Shown here: piece by piece, positions 59,963 through 64,000 of the stretch
Layout of the letters: every line of letters begins with the position of its first letter
Position numbering within the stretch: the first letter of the stretch is position 1
NCBI GenBank assembly: GCA_964016885.1
Contig: OZ024744.1
Span: forward strand, 34,286,001 to 34,350,000
From: Eledone cirrhosa
Lineage: Eukaryota
Direction of reading: 5' to 3'
DNA: 64,000 nt
Translations under genes and position numbers: made by a program
The notes under the pieces: generated by a model
Database searches by the model: none
The model's input: only the letters and a program-made list of their open reading frames with translations
Told to the model about the DNA's origin: nothing

Positions 59963-62056
59963 TTACCGTATTTTTGGTAGAGGAGGGATGGTTTTTACAT
60001 CCCTTTTCACTTGATCGTCTGGTGAAGGGACCGTTGAATCGTCCCTTCGGCTGGTCGTCGGCTCTTCTAAGAGAATGTCTGAATATACTCTTCGATTAAT
60101 GGTTCCTCCTAGGTCCCTGAAATCACCAACTGCGTTGGGGAATTTCGTTTTAATGTTTGTGTATTGTTTCTGTGCTATTTTTAGCAGTCTTATGTTAGTT
60201 GGCGTTTTGATTGGTGCTGGTATTATGTAGTCCTGTTGTGAAATGTCTGTGTGTTCAATTATGTAAGTCATTAGTTTCTTGTTGTGTGTGTTTATTGCCG
60301 TGCATTTGTTTTTCTGGGGGTGGGGTGTGGTTCTGCTATTTTCTTGTCGTTGTTGCTGGGTGTGTGTGTTTTGTTGTTGTGTTTGCGATGTTGGTGCTTG
60401 TGGTGGTGGTGTTGAAGGTGTTGTTGGCGGTGGGGTTGTCGCCGGTGGTGATGGTGGTGCTGGTGTGGGTGGTGATGGTGTTGGTGGTGTTGCTGCTGTG
60501 GGTCTCTTTGCAGTAGACTTTACCCTTTTCTCATTTCTTTCCTCCCTTTTCAAAGGCGACGATGCGCTGCTTCTGCGTTTGTGCCTTCTTGAGACCTTTT
60601 GCCATCCCTCTCCCACCTCACACTCCATGTCTGATTCTGTAAGGTCGGGGAGGGGTACCAGCTCCACTCTTTCACTTGTTGTTGTTGGTGATGTTTGCAC
60701 TGGAGTCTCTGTTGCAGCTGCATTTGGTATTGCTGTTGTTGTTGTTAATATTTCCACTGCTGCTGCTGTCTTTGATTTCCGTGGAGTGGGTATGGGTGCC
60801 ACGGACCTATCGTTCCTGGTTGCCGCTTGTCCTGTTGCTGGTAGCCGTGGAACCGGATTCGGGAGGAGGGGGGTTTTCTCCTTTCTCAGGGTCTTCTCGT
60901 TGCAGAAGGCCCTGAGGTGAGTCTTCGATCCACAGCGAAAGCATTTCGGGCGTTTGCCCTCAACACTTATGGGCAGTTGAGTGCCGTTATCGAAGTCTAT
61001 CACATCCGGGATAGCTTCGATGCACTCCTGGTTGGTTTGGATTAGCATCTCAATGGAGGAGCCGACCCAATCTTCTCTTACTTTTTTCTGTACTTGCAGT
61101 ACAGTTGTTTTGTCCTCGATTCCGACGAGGACAGACGCGGCCAGCCAAGAAGGGGTCATTCCGGGGGGGACGTGGGTCAGTTTGACCCTCACAATTTTTT
61201 GCCCGCAGTAGGAGGGCACCAACACCATTTCCTCGCTCCTTAGGGTCACTACTGATTGGGCCTTTGCCTCCTGGGGTGTGGCAAAAAGTACGTCTACGGT
61301 GGCGTATTTTTTGCCTCGGGTGATGTGCGTTTTCCTCTGCCACACAGACCCCAAGGCTTTTTGTATTTGGGCCTCTGTGGCTCTTTCCACCCTACGGGAT
61401 TTTGTACTTACTGTACGGTACGTGACCGTACAGTGCTCTTGGGTTTCGAAAAAATTTTTCGCTGCCTTGCAGATTGCTCGGTGTCCGTTCTTTGTCACCA
61501 TCTTCTTCGCTTCCTCTAATTCCTCATTTGTTATGAGGATTGTTTCCAGGTTTTTCGCAATACCTGCAAATGAGATTGGTTTTTCTCTGCTGTTGTTGTT
61601 GTCGTCAGAGCTGCTGGTACTTTTGTTGCTGCAGGTACTACGACTACTGCCTCCGCCGCTGTTGCTGTGGTTGTTGTTGGTGTTGCTGCTGCTAATGCTG
61701 TTGTTGTTTATGCTGCTGGTGATGCTGTTGCGGCTGCTACTGTTGTTTTCATTGTCACTGTTGCTGTTGTTATTACGGCTGCTACTGCTATTATTCCTGA
61801 CGTCAGACGAATGAACTGGGTTTTCGTATTTCCCGCACACCTGTTTCGTCGCTGTCGTCGTCGTCGTGGAGAAACCTTGCACGCTTTGCACGAGACTTTT
61901 CTTTTCTTTCGTCGCTTGCGAAAGAGAAGGGAGGGAGAGAGACACATTTAAAGAAGGGAGGGAGAGAGACAATCTTCTCTCTGCTGTAGTGATGATTGAG
62001 GAAGAAGAAGACGGAATGAGTGGGAGTGACGTATGAAATTTCTTTTTGGTAGCCAT
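59963..62056 (-). CDS. Tx1 ORF1p (697 aa)
   Basis: Translation matches copy E ORF1. Confidence 0.92.
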   Translation of the reverse strand: MATKKKFHTSLPLIPSSSSSIITTAERRLSLSLPSLNVSLSLPSLSQATKEKKSLVQSVQGFSTTTTTATKQVCGKYENPVHSSDVRNNSSSSRNNNSNSDNENNSSSRNSITSSINNNSISSSNTNNNHSNSGGGSSRSTCSNKSTSSSDDNNNSREKPISFAGIAKNLETILITNEELEEAKKMVTKNGHRAICKAAKNFFETQEHCTVTYRTVSTKSRRVERATEAQIQKALGSVWQRKTHITRGKKYATVDVLFATPQEAKAQSVVTLRSEEMVLVPSYCGQKIVRVKLTHVPPGMTPSWLAASVLVGIEDKTTVLQVQKKVREDWVGSSIEMLIQTNQECIEAIPDVIDFDNGTQLPISVEGKRPKCFRCGSKTHLRAFCNEKTLRKEKTPLLPNPVPRLPATGQAATRNDRSVAPIPTPRKSKTAAAVEILTTTTAIPNAAATETPVQTSPTTTSERVELVPLPDLTESDMECEVGEGWQKVSRRHKRRSSASSPLKREERNEKRVKSTAKRPTAATPPTPSPPTPAPPSPPATTPPPTTPSTPPPQAPTSQTQQQNTHTQQQRQENSRTTPHPQKNKCTAINTHNKKLMTYIIEHTDISQQDYIIPAPIKTPTNIRLLKIAQKQYTNIKTKFPNAVGDFRDLGGTINRRVYSDILLEEPTTSRRDDSTVPSPDDQVKRDVKTIPPLPKIR

Positions 62057-62270
62057 GTTTTTTTTGTTTAAAATGAAATTTTGGGTACAAAACCCCAATA
62101 ACTGGTTATTTAACCCCGAAGGGCCAAATAACGGACAGAAAGACCCCTCTCACGAGGAGGAGGGTGTCTTTATCAACAATTTGGTTCAAGTTTTAAACAA
62201 TTTACAATTGTTTTAACGGTTAAAAATTACTATACCTTACAGAGCCGAGCCTCCGTCAACCATGGCATTC

Positions 62271-62318
<48 letters not shown>

Positions 62319-63421
62319 TAAAAAGAAATGGATAGGAAGACTAGGAAGCTATTGACTATCTACAACATGTTCCACAAGAGGAGTGATGTCGATAGACTCT
62401 ACTTAAGGAGATCTGAAGGTGGAAGAGGTCTTATCGGCATAGAGGACTGTGTTCAGATGGAGAAAAACAACCTACACAAATACGTGACCTATAGTAAGGA
62501 GCCAATGCTCAGAACAGTACTGAAGGAGGGGACAGTAGGCCAGGGGATGTCCAAGGAGGAAATAACATCAAGGAGGAAGAGCAGCCTTAAGGGAAAATCC
62601 CTTCATAGTACCTTCTTTGAGAAAACTGAATTTAGAGATCCACAGACATGGAACTGGTTGAGAAGAGGAGACCTCAAAAAGGCTACAGAAGGAATGCTAA
62701 TGGCTGCGCAGGAGCAGGCCCTCAAAACGAAGTGGTTGAAGCACCATATCTACAAGGAGGAGGCTAGCCCACTGTGCAGGATCTGTGGAGAGAGAGAGGA
62801 GACTGTGGCTCACATTGTGTCCGAGTGTAAACACCTAGCCCAGACCCACTATAAGGGCTGGAGACACGATGTGATGGGCAGGGTGATCCACTGGCACCTG
62901 TGCAAAGTAAACAATTTACCACATTCTGAGAAATGGTATGAGCATAGGCCAGAGGCGGTGATGGAGAACAATCAGGTGAAGGTGCTGTGGGATTTTAGGA
63001 TACAGACGGACAAAAAACTGGAACACAATAGACCTGACCTGGTGGTTGTGGACAAAGAAAAAAGATCGTGTCTGATTGTGGATGTGGCCTGCCCGTTCGA
63101 CACGAGAGTGCAAGAGAAGGAGAGGGAGAAAATTAACCGATACCAGGACCTAAAGTGGGAGGTGAAAAGGATTTGGAACTGCCATGAAGTCAAAGTGATC
63201 CCGATTGTCATAGGCGCACTGGGGACTATCTCCAAAAGTTTCCAGGGATGGTTAAAGAAAATCGGCCCCTTCACGCTTTTTGGAACGCTTCAAAAGGCAT
63301 GCTTGCTTGGAACAGCAAGAACCCTCCGATACGTCCTGAATATCTGAGGCTGCAGGTAGTGGCTTGATATTCAATCCAACGGACTTTCCAGTTAACCAAC
63401 ATCAATGACTGAGATTCAAGG
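62319..63421 (+). mobile_element. R4/Dong family A, 5'-truncated, young (ORF 62328-63347 open)
   Basis: RSEGGRGL, CRIC..H...C, RPD and GALG motifs. Near-identical to 36875-37780. (AAT)16 upstream. Confidence 0.93.
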
Positions 63422-63445
63422 AATAACAACAATAATAATAATAAT

Positions 63446-63486
63446 GATTTCATTTATTAGCCACAAGGGCCGACATGTAGGGGACA
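63446..63486 (-). mobile_element. 41-bp Tx1-type 3' stub inside (AAT)n
   Basis: Exact reverse complement of 18606-18646. Confidence 0.75.
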
Positions 63487-63505
63487 ATAATAATAATAAT
63501 AATAA

Positions 63506-64000
63506 CACAAGATCAGTGTCTGCCAACAAAAAATTACCAAGCCAACATAATAAAAAATGGGTGCAGCCCATTATGCCGTGTATGCAAAAAACAACCAGAG
63601 ACCATTGACCATATAATTTCAATGTGCAGTCCTATAGCTCCAACCGAATACCTAAGCAGGCATGACAGAGCTGCACAATACATACATTGGATAATGTGTA
63701 AGCATTTTGACCTGCCCCATCAAAAGAATTGGTGGGAGCATCAACCACCTCCCATACTTGAAAAAGATCACATCTCAATCTTGTGGAACTTTAGCATCCA
63801 AACAGACCGAAAAATAGATGCAAATAGACCTGATATAATATTGAAGAACTTTCAAAAGAGGGTATGCCTGCTAATTGATATGTCTGTTCCAATAGACAAG
63901 AATGTATCTATAAAAACATTTGAAAAATTGAGCAAGTATAAGGACCTGGAGATAGAAATTGGAAAAATGTGGAAATTGAGAACTAAAACAATACCAGTGG
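63506..64000 (+). mobile_element. R4/Dong family B, 5'-truncated, runs off window
   Basis: Aligns to ~40338-40832; preceded by (AAT)n. Confidence 0.92.

Larger units (their letters stand above)
56246..62270 (-). mobile_element. Tx1 copy F: full-length intact element, near-identical to E
   Basis: 6070-bp offset from E; only a few differences seen. Confidence 0.97.

Noticed and set aside
30590-61951. Many repeated plus-strand ORFs within the Tx1 copies (e.g. 51453-51962, 54209-54850)
   Set aside because: Antisense shadows of ORF1/ORF2. They recur only because the copies are similar, and no domain motifs are present.

Overview
Eukaryotic, gene-free, repeat-dense window. The SINEs, MITEs and microsatellites look like those of an octopus/cephalopod genome (inference). 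From left to right: (i) a >6 kb 70/74-bp satellite whose monomer is the stop codon plus 3'UTR of an adjacent R4/Dong-type LINE fragment; (ii) CRE, Tx1, hAT and RTE remnants, SINEs and MITEs; (iii) Penelope-like terminal repeats and fold-back palindromes in (TA)n tracts, several carrying minimal hammerhead ribozyme motifs; (iv) a ~34 kb nest (30.3-64 kb) of non-LTR retrotransposons joined almost entirely through (AAT)n tracts. The nest holds six Tx1/L1-clade copies, all on the minus strand, two of them full-length, intact and nearly identical. They are interleaved with five R4/Dong-type RLE copies, all on the plus strand. No host protein-coding gene, tRNA, rRNA or CRISPR array is supported.
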